From: an uncultured delta proteobacterium
Lineage (GTDB): Bacteria > Myxococcota_A > UBA9160 > SMWR01
DNA: 64,000 nt
Direction of reading: 5' to 3'
Assembly: GCA_963832165.1 (NCBI GenBank)
Contig: CAWHTE010000001.1
Span: 810,830-874,829 of the forward strand
This document shows, piece by piece, positions 20,080 through 30,613 of this stretch; within the stretch, counting starts at the first letter, position 1, and each line of letters opens with the position of its first letter. Made by a program: the position numbers and the translations under genes. The notes beneath the pieces are model-generated. The model was not told the origin of the DNA. It made no database searches and saw only the letters and a program-made list of their open reading frames with translations.

Positions 20080-21129
20080 ATGGAGGCCGCGGACTGCGAT
20101 GACGCCGTGCGGCTGACGGATCGCCAGCAGGACGTGCTGCGCGCGGTGATCCGCGCCTACGTGGGAGCGGCCGCGCCGATCGGTTCCCAGCACATCTCCC
20201 ACCTGCTCGTGAAGAATCTCTCCTCCGCGTCGATCCGCAACACGCTGGCCGAGCTCGCCGCGCTCGGATTGGTCCAGCAGCCGCACACCTCGGCGGGTCG
20301 CATCCCCACGGAGCAGGGACTGCGGACCTTCATCGACTTCCTGCTCGAGCGCCGCGAGGTCGCCGACTACGACAAGCGCGCGATCGAGTATCGCGTCGAC
20401 AACGCGCAGGGCGACTCGGTGGTCGAGGTGGCTGCGCAGCTCTTGTCGGAGCAGACGCGCCTGCTCGGATTCGCCGTGGCGCCGCGGCTCGAGCGCGTGA
20501 CGCTCCAGCACGTGAGTCTGGTCCGGCTCAGCAGCTCGCGCGTGCTCGCGGTGCTGGTCTCGAGTACGGGCGCCGCCTATCGCCGCGTGATCGCGGCCGA
20601 CGTCGATCTCGACCAGCGGGAGCTGGACCGCGCTGCCTCACACCTCACCGAGCGCGCAGTGGGTCGCACGCTCGGCGAGGTCCGCGACGCGCTGCACCGC
20701 GAGGCCGCCGCGCTGCGCCACGAGGCCAACCGACTCCTTCGCTGCGCGCTCGAGCTCGGAACGCGCGCGGTGGCACCGCAGGACGAAGAGGTGGACATCA
20801 TCGTCGCGACGCGGCTGGCCGTGCTCGACCAGCCGGAGTTCCGCGACCCTCGCCGCATCCGCGAGATCCTCGAGACGCTCGAGACCAAGGAGCGTCTGGC
20901 CGAGATCGTCGATCAGATGCTCACGAGTGGCGGAGTTCAGGTGGCGATCGGTGGAGAGATGGGAGATCCCACGCTCTCGCACTGCGCGCTGGTCGCGACG
21001 CGCTACGGCGACGAGCTCACGCCGCTCGGCGCGGTGGGCGTGATCGGGCCGAGCCGCATGGATTACTCGCGCGTGATTCCGCTGGTCGCGTTCTGCTCGC
21101 GCGCCATCACGGGCAAACTGCTGGGATGA
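20080..21129 (+). CDS. hrcA: Heat-inducible transcription repressor HrcA
   Basis: LSSASIRN, QPHTSAGRIPT, GVIGPSRMDY; start may be GTG 20107. Confidence 0.93.
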   Translation: MEAADCDDAVRLTDRQQDVLRAVIRAYVGAAAPIGSQHISHLLVKNLSSASIRNTLAELAALGLVQQPHTSAGRIPTEQGLRTFIDFLLERREVADYDKRAIEYRVDNAQGDSVVEVAAQLLSEQTRLLGFAVAPRLERVTLQHVSLVRLSSSRVLAVLVSSTGAAYRRVIAADVDLDQRELDRAASHLTERAVGRTLGEVRDALHREAAALRHEANRLLRCALELGTRAVAPQDEEVDIIVATRLAVLDQPEFRDPRRIREILETLETKERLAEIVDQMLTSGGVQVAIGGEMGDPTLSHCALVATRYGDELTPLGAVGVIGPSRMDYSRVIPLVAFCSRAITGKLLG

Positions 21130-21812
21130 GTGGCACGCGCGACGGGGGCCGGAAGGGCGGGCCGGCTCCGGACGACGACGGCGGCTCGATCCCGATCGAT
21201 CCCGAGCTCGAAGCCGCGCTGCGCGAGGCGATGGACTCGGTTGCCGAGACGCCGCGCCGTGGCGAGACGGAATCGGGCGACGTCGCCGGGTCCACCCCGG
21301 AAGCAGGGGCCGAGGACTCCGTGGCACTGCTGCGCGAGGAGCTCGCGGACGCCAAGGAGCGCCTGCTGCGCCTCCACGCCGAGTTCGAGAATTTTCGCAA
21401 GCGCGCGCTGCGGGAGCGCCAGGAGGCGATCCAGTACGGGTCCCAGAATCTCTTCAAGGACGTCGTTTCGGTGGTCGATAACCTCGATCGGGCCATCGAA
21501 CACGCTCGCGAGAGCGGGGGCGGGGACTTAGCGAGCTTTCTGCAGGGCGTAGAGCTGGTGTATCGGGAGCTTCTCGGGATCCTCGAGAAGAATCACGTCA
21601 CCGAGATCGAGGCCCTCGGGAAGCCGTTCGACCCCTCGCTCCACGAGGCGATGGCGCAGGTGGCGAGCGGCGCGGTGCCGCCCAACACCGTGATCGAAGT
21701 CTTGCAGAAGGGTTTCCAGCTGCGCGATCGCCTGGTGCGACCGACGCGGGTCATCGTGGCCAAAGCGGCGGATACATCGGCGAAGAGCGGTGGAGAGGAC
21801 TCCGCCGGTTGA
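21126..21812 (+). CDS. grpE: Nucleotide exchange factor GrpE
   Basis: [36 protein letters not shown]. Confidence 0.95.
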   Translation: MSGTRDGGRKGGPAPDDDGGSIPIDPELEAALREAMDSVAETPRRGETESGDVAGSTPEAGAEDSVALLREELADAKERLLRLHAEFENFRKRALRERQEAIQYGSQNLFKDVVSVVDNLDRAIEHARESGGGDLASFLQGVELVYRELLGILEKNHVTEIEALGKPFDPSLHEAMAQVASGAVPPNTVIEVLQKGFQLRDRLVRPTRVIVAKAADTSAKSGGEDSAG

Positions 21813-21846
21813 TGCCCACCCGGGCTCGGCCGCGGAAGCGGCGGGC

Positions 21847-23676
21847 ATGGGCAAAGTCATCGGCATCGATCTCGGGACGACGAACTCCTGCGTCGCGCTG
21901 TTCGAGAACGGCCAGACCCAGGTGATCGCCAACTCCGAGGGCGCGCGCACGACGCCCTCGATGGTGGCGTTCTCGAGCTCGGGCGAGAAGCTCGTCGGAC
22001 AGATCGCCAAGCGCCAGGCGGTGACCAACCCCGCGAACACGATCTACGCGATCAAGCGCATGATCGGGCGCAAGCGCGACAGCGAAGAGGTGAATCGTTT
22101 CGCCGAGATCGCGCCGTTCCCGATCACGGCGGCCGACAACGGCGACGTGCGCGTGTCGATCGGCGGCCGCGCCTACTCGCCGCAGGAGATCTCGGCGATG
22201 GTGCTCGCGAAGATGCGCGAGACCGCGTCGGATTTCCTCGGAACCAGCGTCGAGGAGGCCGTGATCACGGTTCCCGCCTACTTCGACGACTCGCAGCGCC
22301 AGGCCACCCAGGACGCGGGCCGCATCGCCGGCCTCAAAGTGCTGCGAATCCTCAACGAGCCCACGGCGGCCGCGCTCGCGTTCGGCCTCGACAAGCAGGG
22401 CAGCGGCCGCGTGGCGGTGTTCGATCTCGGCGGCGGAACGTTCGACGTCTCGATCCTCGAGATCGCCGACGGCGTGTTCGAAGTGCGCAGCACCAACGGC
22501 GACACCTATCTGGGCGGCGAGGATTGGGACCAGCGTCTCGTCGACCACATGATCGGCGTGTTCAAGGACCAGAGCGGCATCGACGTGCGCAAGGACCCGA
22601 TGGCGCTGCAGCGGATCAAGGAAGCGTCCGAGCGCGCGAAGCACGAGCTCTCCTCGTGCGAGGAGACCGACATCAGTCTCCCGTTCATCGCCGCGGACGA
22701 GCAGGGCCCCAAGCACCTCGCCCTGTCGATCACGCGTGCGGAGCTCGAGGAGCTCACCGCGGATCTCGTCGAGCGCCTCACCGAGCCGTGCAAGATCGCG
22801 CTCGAGGATGCCGGTCTCGCTGCGAGCGAGATCGACGACGTCGTGCTCGTGGGCGGCATGACGCGGATGCCCGCGATCCAGCGCAAGGTGGAGCAGATCT
22901 TCGGGAAGGCCCCGCACAAGGGCGTGAACCCCGACGAGGTGGTCGCGGCGGGCGCGGCGATCCAGGCCGGCGTGCTCTCGGGCGAGGTCGAACAGGTACT
23001 GCTGCTCGACGTCACTCCGCTCACGCTGAGCGTCGAGACACAGGGTGGTGTCGCGACCACGATGATTCCGCGCAACACCACGGTGCCGACCTCGATGAGT
23101 CAGGTGTTCTCCACGACCGAGGATCACCAGACCGTCGTGCGCATCCACGCCGTGCAGGGCGAACGCGAGATGGCGCGCGACAACAAGACGCTCGGACGCT
23201 TCGAGCTGGTCGGGCTGCCACCCGCGCCGCGCGGCGTCCCGCAGATCGAGGTCACGTTCGACATCGACGCGGACGGCGTCGTCAAGGTGTCGGCGAAGGA
23301 CCTCGGGACCGGGCGGTCGCAGGCGATCCAGGTGACCGCGTCGAGCGGCCTGTCCGACGCCGAGATCGAGCAGCTGGTGGCCGAGGCCTCGCAGCACTCC
23401 GAGGACGACCGCAAGCGCCGTGAGCTGATCGATCTGCGCAATCAGACCGACGGCTTGATCTACTCCACGGAGCGAACGCTCGAGGAGTTCAAGGAGAACG
23501 TGACCTCCGATCAGCGGCAGGTGCTGCTGCGCGCGATCGAAGCGGCGCGCGCTGCCAGCGCCGCCGACGACATCACCGCACTGCGCGCGGCGATGGGCGA
23601 GCTCTCCGCGCGCACTTTCGAGATGACCGAGCGCCTCTACGCCGAGCTGGGTGGCAAGAGTCCCGACGCTTCCTAG
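21847..23676 (+). CDS. dnaK: Chaperone DnaK
   Basis: [54 protein letters not shown]. Confidence 0.97.
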   Translation: MGKVIGIDLGTTNSCVALFENGQTQVIANSEGARTTPSMVAFSSSGEKLVGQIAKRQAVTNPANTIYAIKRMIGRKRDSEEVNRFAEIAPFPITAADNGDVRVSIGGRAYSPQEISAMVLAKMRETASDFLGTSVEEAVITVPAYFDDSQRQATQDAGRIAGLKVLRILNEPTAAALAFGLDKQGSGRVAVFDLGGGTFDVSILEIADGVFEVRSTNGDTYLGGEDWDQRLVDHMIGVFKDQSGIDVRKDPMALQRIKEASERAKHELSSCEETDISLPFIAADEQGPKHLALSITRAELEELTADLVERLTEPCKIALEDAGLAASEIDDVVLVGGMTRMPAIQRKVEQIFGKAPHKGVNPDEVVAAGAAIQAGVLSGEVEQVLLLDVTPLTLSVETQGGVATTMIPRNTTVPTSMSQVFSTTEDHQTVVRIHAVQGEREMARDNKTLGRFELVGLPPAPRGVPQIEVTFDIDADGVVKVSAKDLGTGRSQAIQVTASSGLSDAEIEQLVAEASQHSEDDRKRRELIDLRNQTDGLIYSTERTLEEFKENVTSDQRQVLLRAIEAARAASAADDITALRAAMGELSARTFEMTERLYAELGGKSPDAS

Positions 23677-23705
23677 CAAAGCGTGCTGACCGGTCCGAAA
23701 TCGTG

Positions 23706-23733
23706 TTGACGAAGCCGGTCCCCCGCCTAGATT
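23706..23733 (+). promoter_or_regulatory. Putative sigma70 promoter upstream of dnaJ
   Basis: TTGACG-16 bp-TAGATT. Confidence 0.5.
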
Positions 23734-23775
23734 CCCCCGGCATGCCGCCGTCCTGCGGGGAACGAGACTCCTGAG

Positions 23776-24891
23776 TTGGCGAAGCGCGACTACTACGAGA
23801 TCTTGGGCGTCCCGCGCGATGTCGACCCGGAGGCGCTGAAGAAGTCCTATCGCGCGCTCGCGATGCGCGATCATCCCGATCGCAATCCGGACGATCCGGC
23901 CGCCGAGGAGCGCTTCAAGGAGGCGACGGAGGCGTACTCGGTCCTCTCCGATCCCGAGAAGCGGCGGGCCTACGATCGCTTCGGCCACGCGGGCGTGGGC
24001 GCGGGTGCGCCCGGCTTCCAGGACTTCGGCGATCTCGGCAACTTCACCGATCTCTTCGACGACCTGTTTGGCGACCTGTTCGGCGGGCGGCGCGGTGGGC
24101 GCCGCCGCGGCCGCGGTCAGCGCGGCGCCGATCTCCGCTACAACCTCGAGATCGATCTCGCCGACGTGCTCGTGGGCCTCGAGCCCACGATCAAGATCCC
24201 GAAGATGCGCCCGTGCGAGACCTGTCAGGGGTCGGGCGCGCGGCCGGGCACCACGCCGGAGACCTGCGGGAGCTGTCGCGGCAGCGGCCAGGTGGTGCTC
24301 CAGCAGGGCTTCTTCCGCGTGAGCCGCCCCTGCGACGCGTGCGCGGGCACGGGCGAGATCGTGCGCTCGCGCTGCACCGATTGCCGCGGCCAGGGTCGCG
24401 TCGAGGGGCAGCAGACGCTCAGCGTGCGGATTCCTTCCGGCGTCGACGACGGGACGAGGCTGCGGCTGACCGGCGAGGGCGAGGCCGGGATCGCAGGCGG
24501 CCCGAACGGCGACCTGTACGTCGTGATCGGGGTCCGTCCCCACCCGCTCTTCGAGCGCGAGGGGCCGGACCTCCACTGTCAGGTGCCGATCACGATGGTG
24601 CAGGCGGCGCTCGGCGCGGAGATCGACGTACCCACGCTCGAGGGCGTGGTCAAGCTGAAGATTCCCGAGGGCACGCAGTCGGGGAAGGTGATGCGACTGC
24701 GCGGGAAGGGCCTGCCGACGCTGCGCTCGAGCGCGCGCGGCGATCAGCTGCTGCACATCTTCGCGGAGACGCCGTCGCGGCTCACCGCTTCGCAGCGCGA
24801 GCTGCTCGAGCGCTTTGCGGAGGAGAGCGACACCAAGGTGTCGCCCGCGCACAAGGGATTTCTCGACAAGCTGCGCGAGCTGTTCGATTGA
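23776..24891 (+). CDS. dnaJ: Chaperone DnaJ
   Basis: J domain HPD, G/F region, four CxxCxGxG repeats; TTG start. Confidence 0.96.
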   Translation: MAKRDYYEILGVPRDVDPEALKKSYRALAMRDHPDRNPDDPAAEERFKEATEAYSVLSDPEKRRAYDRFGHAGVGAGAPGFQDFGDLGNFTDLFDDLFGDLFGGRRGGRRRGRGQRGADLRYNLEIDLADVLVGLEPTIKIPKMRPCETCQGSGARPGTTPETCGSCRGSGQVVLQQGFFRVSRPCDACAGTGEIVRSRCTDCRGQGRVEGQQTLSVRIPSGVDDGTRLRLTGEGEAGIAGGPNGDLYVVIGVRPHPLFEREGPDLHCQVPITMVQAALGAEIDVPTLEGVVKLKIPEGTQSGKVMRLRGKGLPTLRSSARGDQLLHIFAETPSRLTASQRELLERFAEESDTKVSPAHKGFLDKLRELFD

Positions 24892-24904
24892 GGGGCGCAA
24901 GTTT

Positions 24905-24931
24905 CGCGCAGCGAGCCGAAGGAGAGCGAAG
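24905..24931 (+). repeat. Partial copy of the dispersed structured repeat
   Basis: CGCGCAGCGAGCCGAAGGAGAGCGAAG matches the core of the copies at 30429 and 44196. Confidence 0.65.
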
Positions 24932-24944
24932 ACCATCGGGTCGG

Positions 24945-26978
24945 GTGCGCGGGCTGTGTCTCGGGATCGCGCTGTGCGCGTTCGTGGGCTGTACCGCGCT
25001 GTTTCCGCCCGAGGCGACGCAGGAGGAGCGGCGCGCGTACACGGCTGCCGAATCGATGCGCCGCTCCGACCCCGCAAAGGGGCGCGCGGCGCTCGAGGCC
25101 TTCCTCGCGCGCTACCCCGAGAGCGCGCTCGCGTCCGACGCCGGGCTTGCTCTCGGCGAGATCGCTCGCGCCCAGGGGCGTACCGACGAGGCGAAGCGCC
25201 GCTATCTCGAGGTGGTGCGGCGCGGCGGTGCTGCGTCCGACCGCGCGCGCGTGAGGCTCGCCGCGATCGAGCTCGAGCGCGGGGATGCAGCCGCTGCGCG
25301 TCAATGGCTCGATCGCGTGCGGCTCTCGCAGCTCGATCGCTCCGAACTGCGCACGGCGTACCGCGCCTTCGCCGAGAGCGCGCAGCGGCCCGCCGACCGG
25401 GTGCGCTGGCTCGGGCTGCTGCGCGGTGAGGTGACGGACGCGAGCGAAGGTGCGGCGATCGACGCCGAGATCGACCGCACGCTCGGCACTCTCGATCTAT
25501 CCGAGCTCGAGCTCGCAGCGCGGCAGGTGGGAAATCGCGCGCCTGCGGGTCACATCTACGTCGCGCTGGCCGAGCGCGCGCTCGTCGAGGGCAAGACCGA
25601 CGCGGCGCGCGACGCCGCGGAGCGCGCGCGCAAGCTGTCGATCGCACCGCGCTACGCGCCGCGGCTCGCCGCGGTGGAGGCGCGCCTGGGCCGGCCCGAC
25701 GCCGAGGCCGAGGCCGCGCCGACCGACGTCGCCCGGTTGCGCACGTTCGAAGACGTCATGCAGCGCCCGGCGCCGGACTTCGCCTCGGCGCGCGGTGTAT
25801 TGGGCGTCGTGCTGCCGCTCTCCGGCCCGTTCGCCGGCTTCGGCGAGCAGGCACTGCGCGGGGTGCTCCTGGCCGCAGGGATCTTTCCGGGCGCCGAGGG
25901 CGCGGCCCAACCCGTGATGCGGATCGCGGTGCGCGATTCCGGCAGCGACCCCGGGCGCGCGGCCGCCGCGGTGCGCGAGCTCGCCGGGGATCCGGAAGTG
26001 GTCGCGATCGTGGGGCCGCTGGTCTCCGCGACCTGCGAGTCCGCCGCGCAGGAGGCGGAATCGCTCGGGGTCCCGCTGCTCGCGCTCACCGCGCGCGAAG
26101 ACGTGGTGAATCAGCGCCGATGGGTGTTCCGCCTGCGCACGCGTCCGGCCGAGGAGGCCGAACTGCTCGCGGAGCGCGCGGTCGCGCTCGGCGCCCAGCG
26201 CTTCGCGATCCTCTACCCCGACGACCCCTACGGCGTCGGTCTGCGCGGCCTGTTCTGGGATGCGATCGAGGCGCGCGGCGGGCGCGTCGTGGGCGTGGAA
26301 TCGTACGACCCGAAGGCGACCGACTTCGGGGAGCCGATCCGGCGCCTGGTCGGCTACAAGCTGCTCGACGCGGAGGAGAAGTCGCTCCTGGCGACCCGCG
26401 ACGCGATGCTCGAGCGCGCGCGACGCCTCCCGACCGACGCGGCTCGCGAGCTGCGTGCGAACGCGCGCAAGCTCACCACCAAGGACGGCCGTCCGATTCC
26501 GCCGATCGTCGACTTCGATGCGCTGTTCATTCCCGCCTCACACAAAGAGGTGGTGCTGATCGCCCCGCAGCTCGCGGTCCAGGAGGTGACGAACGTCCGG
26601 CTGCTGGGATCCGAGGGCTGGTACGACTCGCAGCTCGTGCGGCTCGGCGGCGCGCCGCTCGAGGGGTCGCTGTTCGCCGCCCATTTCTACCCCGACAGCC
26701 CGGTGCCCTACGTGCAGTCGTTCCGGCAGCGCTTCGAGGCCGCGTTCGGCGCCGTTCCCGATTCGTTCGCGGCCCAGGGCTACGACGCCGCGAGCCTCGT
26801 GCTCGTCCAGCTCGCGCACGGGCACGACGACCGCGAGGACATCCGCGACGGGCTGCGCAAGATCGCCTCCTATCCCGGCGTTTCCGGTGTGACCACGATC
26901 GGCGCGGACGGAAATGCACAAAAACGCCCCTTCCTGCTCGGCATCGAGCACGGCCGGCTCGTGCAGCACACGGACTAG
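24945..26978 (+). CDS. Lipoprotein with TPR region and periplasmic-binding-protein domain (LpoA/LppC-like PBP activator)
   Basis: Lipobox FVGC; TPR-like helices; GVVLPLSG, IVGPL, PPIVDFDALFIP, AQGYDAA, PGVSGVTT. Confidence 0.8.
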   Translation: MRGLCLGIALCAFVGCTALFPPEATQEERRAYTAAESMRRSDPAKGRAALEAFLARYPESALASDAGLALGEIARAQGRTDEAKRRYLEVVRRGGAASDRARVRLAAIELERGDAAAARQWLDRVRLSQLDRSELRTAYRAFAESAQRPADRVRWLGLLRGEVTDASEGAAIDAEIDRTLGTLDLSELELAARQVGNRAPAGHIYVALAERALVEGKTDAARDAAERARKLSIAPRYAPRLAAVEARLGRPDAEAEAAPTDVARLRTFEDVMQRPAPDFASARGVLGVVLPLSGPFAGFGEQALRGVLLAAGIFPGAEGAAQPVMRIAVRDSGSDPGRAAAAVRELAGDPEVVAIVGPLVSATCESAAQEAESLGVPLLALTAREDVVNQRRWVFRLRTRPAEEAELLAERAVALGAQRFAILYPDDPYGVGLRGLFWDAIEARGGRVVGVESYDPKATDFGEPIRRLVGYKLLDAEEKSLLATRDAMLERARRLPTDAARELRANARKLTTKDGRPIPPIVDFDALFIPASHKEVVLIAPQLAVQEVTNVRLLGSEGWYDSQLVRLGGAPLEGSLFAAHFYPDSPVPYVQSFRQRFEAAFGAVPDSFAAQGYDAASLVLVQLAHGHDDREDIRDGLRKIASYPGVSGVTTIGADGNAQKRPFLLGIEHGRLVQHTD

Positions 26979-27026
26979 AGCGAATCCCGCCTACAGTCGC
27001 GCTTTCGCGCCGACGAAACGTTCGTC

Positions 27027-29453
27027 ATGGCCGAACGACCTGCACCGGCAGGCTTTGCGATTCCCGACGAGTTGCCGGTCCTGCCGCTCCGGGAAATGGT
27101 CGTGTTCCCGTACATGGTGTTGCCGCTGTTCGTGGCGCGCGATCGCTCGATCGCAGCCGTCGAAGACGCGCTTGCGGGCGACCGCCTCCTGCTGCTCACC
27201 GCGCAGCGCGACGGCGAGATCGAGGATCCCGGCCCCGACGATCTGTATCGCGTCGGTGCGGTCGTGACGGTGATGCGCGTGCTGCGCATGGCGGACGGGC
27301 GCGTCAAGGTGCTCGTGCAGGGCCTCGCGCGGGCACGCGTCGATTCGTTCGTCGAGCAGGACACGGCGACGTGGGCGAGGCTCACGCGCATCGAGGACGA
27401 GGCCGCTGCGGATTGGTGCGTGGAGGCCGAGGCGCTCGTGCGCGCGGTGCGCGCGCGCGTCGAGGAGCTGCTGCCGCTCAAGAACCTGCCGCCCGAAGTC
27501 CTGTCCGTGACGGTCAACGTGAACGAGCCGGGCCAGCTCGCGGATCTGGTGGCCTCGAACCTCAAGTTGCGCGTTGCTGAAGCCCAGGAAGTGCTCGAGA
27601 TCGCCGACCCGATCCAGCGCCTGCGCAAGGTCGACGCACTGTTGCGCCGCGAGCTCGACGTGACCACGGTCCAGGCCGAGATCCAGTCGCAGGCGCACGA
27701 CGAGATGACTCGCAGCCAACGCGAGCACTTCCTGCGCGAGCAGCTGCGCGCGATCCAGTCCGAGCTCGGAGAGGGCGACGGACGTCTCGACGAGGCCGAC
27801 GAGTACCGCGCCAAGCTCGAAGAGGCGGGTCTGCCCGATGAGGCGATGGCCGAGGCGATGCGTCAGCTGCGCCGCCTCGAGCGCATGCACCCGGACGGTC
27901 CCGAAGCGCACGTGGTGCGCAGCTACCTCGACTGGATGGTCGATCTGCCCTGGTCGACCACCTCCGCCGATCAGCTGGAGCTGAACGCCGCGAAGGCGAT
28001 CCTCGACGAGGACCACGCGCACCTCACCGGCATCAAGGACCGCATCCTCGAGTACCTGGGCGTGCGCAAGCTGCGCGGTGATTCGCGCGGGCCCATCCTG
28101 TGCTTCGTCGGGCCTCCCGGCGTCGGCAAGACATCGCTCGGGCGCTCGATCGCGCGCGCGATGGGCCGCGAGTTCGTGCGCATCTCACTCGGCGGCGTCC
28201 GCGACGAAGCCGAGATCCGCGGGCATCGCCGCACCTACGTCGGTGCGATGCCGGGCCGCATCCTGCAGGGCCTCAAGCAGGCGGGCACGAACAACCCCGT
28301 GTTCATGCTCGACGAGATCGACAAGCTGGGCGCGGACTACCGCGGCGACCCGTCGTCGGCGCTGCTCGAGGTGCTCGACCCGGAGCAGAACCGCCACTTC
28401 AGCGACCACTACCTGAACGTGCACTTCGACCTGTCGCGCGTGCTGTTCGTGGCCACCGCCAACCTGCTCGACACGATTCCGGGCCCGCTGCGCGACCGCA
28501 TGGAAGTGATCCGGATCGCGGGCTACACGCCCGAGGAGAAGGTCGAGATCGCGCGCTCGTATCTGATCCCGCACCAGCTGCGCGAGCACGGCCTCGAGAC
28601 CGACCGCCTGCACTGGACGCGCGGCAGCGTGCTCGAGCTGATCACGGACTACACGCAGGAAGCCGGCGTGCGCGGGCTCGATCGGCGCATCGCTGCAGTG
28701 TGTCGCAAGATCGCGCGGCGCGCGGCCGAGGGCGATGCGCGACTGGTGACCGTGAACCGCAAGACGCTCGAGCGCCTGCTCGGGCCGCCGCCCTTCCTGC
28801 TCGACAAGCCGGAGGGACCCGGCGAGATCGGCGTCGCGAACGGCCTCGCCTGGACCGAGAGCGGCGGCGAGGTGTTGACGCTCGAGGCGACGATGACGCC
28901 GGGCGCCGGGCTCGTGCTCACGGGCCAGATCGGCGACGTGATGCGCGAGTCGGGCCATGCGGCGTTCACGTGGGCGCGCGGGCGCGGCGCCGAGCTCGGT
29001 TTCGACTCGGCGATGTTCGGGCGCCACGAAGTGCACGTGCACGTGCCCGCGGGCGCGATTCCGAAGGACGGGCCGTCGGCGGGAATCGCGATCGCAACGG
29101 CCATCCTCTCGCTCGCGACCCGGATTTCCATCCGCAACGACGTCGCGATGACGGGCGAAGTCACGCTGCGCGGCCGCGTGCTGCCGGTCGGTGGCGTGCG
29201 CGAGAAGGCGCTCGCGGCGCTGCGCGCGGGCATCCGCCGCGTGATCCTGCCGCGCAAGAACCTCCAGGACCTGCGCGACATCCCGCGCGACCTCAAGAAG
29301 AAGATCACCTTCATCCCGGTCGATCACATGGACGAGGTGCTCGACGCCGCGCTCGATCGCACGCCGGTGCCGCGCGGGCGCCGCGCGACCCGGCCCCACA
29401 CCTCGCGCGTCGATCGCGACCGCGAAGGGGCGATGATCGCGCGCCGTCGGTAG
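27027..29453 (+). CDS. lon: ATP-dependent protease La (Lon)
   Basis: [35 protein letters not shown], catalytic Lys region GGVREK. Confidence 0.97.
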   Translation: MAERPAPAGFAIPDELPVLPLREMVVFPYMVLPLFVARDRSIAAVEDALAGDRLLLLTAQRDGEIEDPGPDDLYRVGAVVTVMRVLRMADGRVKVLVQGLARARVDSFVEQDTATWARLTRIEDEAAADWCVEAEALVRAVRARVEELLPLKNLPPEVLSVTVNVNEPGQLADLVASNLKLRVAEAQEVLEIADPIQRLRKVDALLRRELDVTTVQAEIQSQAHDEMTRSQREHFLREQLRAIQSELGEGDGRLDEADEYRAKLEEAGLPDEAMAEAMRQLRRLERMHPDGPEAHVVRSYLDWMVDLPWSTTSADQLELNAAKAILDEDHAHLTGIKDRILEYLGVRKLRGDSRGPILCFVGPPGVGKTSLGRSIARAMGREFVRISLGGVRDEAEIRGHRRTYVGAMPGRILQGLKQAGTNNPVFMLDEIDKLGADYRGDPSSALLEVLDPEQNRHFSDHYLNVHFDLSRVLFVATANLLDTIPGPLRDRMEVIRIAGYTPEEKVEIARSYLIPHQLREHGLETDRLHWTRGSVLELITDYTQEAGVRGLDRRIAAVCRKIARRAAEGDARLVTVNRKTLERLLGPPPFLLDKPEGPGEIGVANGLAWTESGGEVLTLEATMTPGAGLVLTGQIGDVMRESGHAAFTWARGRGAELGFDSAMFGRHEVHVHVPAGAIPKDGPSAGIAIATAILSLATRISIRNDVAMTGEVTLRGRVLPVGGVREKALAALRAGIRRVILPRKNLQDLRDIPRDLKKKITFIPVDHMDEVLDAALDRTPVPRGRRATRPHTSRVDRDREGAMIARRR

Positions 29454-29466
29454 CTTCGCGCTCGAC

Positions 29467-30498
29467 GTGCGCGAGCGAGACGAATGGCGGCTGCGCGACC
29501 TCGGCGAATTCGAGCTGATCGCGCGCATCGAACGCGCTGCGCGCGGCGCACCGCGAGGTCGCGTCGCGCTCGGGATCGGCGACGACGCAGCGCTCCTGAC
29601 CGCCCTGGCGGGCGAGACCTGGGTCGTCTCGACCGACGCGCGCGTCGAGGACGTCCACTTCCGCTGGGCCACGGAGACACCGCGCACGGTCGGCGCCACC
29701 GCGCTCGCAGCCGCGCTCTCCGACCTCGCGGCGATGGGCGCTCGGCCGCGCGGCTTCACTTGCGCACTCGCGGCGCCGGGCGATCTGCCGCTCGCGGCGT
29801 TCGACGGCCTGCTGCGCGGCCTGCTCTCGGGCGCGCGTCGCTACGGTTGTCCACTCGTGGGCGGCAACCTCACGCGCGCACGGGAGACCTCGCTGGTCCT
29901 CACCGTGTTCGGCGGCGTCAAGCGCGGGCGCGCGTTGCGTCGCCGCGCTCGCGTCGGAGACCGCATCCTGGTCACGGGCGAGCTCGGCGCGGCCTCACTC
30001 GCGCGCGCGCGCGCCGAGCGCGGCGGGACCCCGGTGAGCCGGATCCCGGTCGCGCGGATCCCGCAGGGACGCGCGCTGGCGCGCCTCGCCACCGTGTCGG
30101 GCTGCATCGACGTCTCCGATGGGCTCGTGGCCGATCTCGCGCACCTGCTCGGCGCGCGGCTCCGCTGTCGGGTGGATCCCGGGCGGCTGCCGCTCCCGCG
30201 CGGCTTCGAGGCCGGCTGCCGAGCGCTCGGTCTCGACCCGCTCGCCACGGCGCTCACGGGCGGGGACGACTACGAGCTGCTGTTCGCGCTGCGACCGCAG
30301 GGGCCGTCGGCGGCCACGCTGTCCCGACGCCTTGGCGTCCGCGTCTCCGAGCTCGGCCGGGTCGAGCGCGGCCGCAGATCGGGGGGCAGGGGCGGGTTCG
30401 ATCACTTCGCGGGCGGCCTGCAAGGCGGCCGACGAAGTCGGCCGACGCGCAGCGAGGCGAAGCCGAGCGAAGGCTGGAGCCCGAGCGCGAGCGAGTAG
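29467..30498 (+). CDS. thiL: Thiamine-monophosphate kinase; C-terminal tail encoded by a repeat element
   Basis: [42 protein letters not shown]. Confidence 0.92.
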   Translation: MRERDEWRLRDLGEFELIARIERAARGAPRGRVALGIGDDAALLTALAGETWVVSTDARVEDVHFRWATETPRTVGATALAAALSDLAAMGARPRGFTCALAAPGDLPLAAFDGLLRGLLSGARRYGCPLVGGNLTRARETSLVLTVFGGVKRGRALRRRARVGDRILVTGELGAASLARARAERGGTPVSRIPVARIPQGRALARLATVSGCIDVSDGLVADLAHLLGARLRCRVDPGRLPLPRGFEAGCRALGLDPLATALTGGDDYELLFALRPQGPSAATLSRRLGVRVSELGRVERGRRSGGRGGFDHFAGGLQGGRRSRPTRSEAKPSEGWSPSASE

Positions 30499-30517
30499 CG
30501 AGGCGCGAAGGCCCAGC
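30429..30517 (+). repeat. Dispersed ~90-bp structured repeat (REP/MITE-like)
   Basis: Aligns over its length with the reverse complement of 44196-44283. Confidence 0.85.
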
Positions 30518-30613
30518 AAAGGGCGACGAACTGCCCCTAAGTTGCCGGTTCGCGATGGATTTTCGCATTGGCGAAGATCAAGAACACGGCTCCGATCACC
30601 GATAGTTCTCTGC

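Noticed and set aside
21751..25647. 1298-aa antisense ORF opposite dnaK-dnaJ
   Set aside because: Shadow ORF caused by high GC and codon bias; long ORFs antisense to dnaK are a known annotation artefact.
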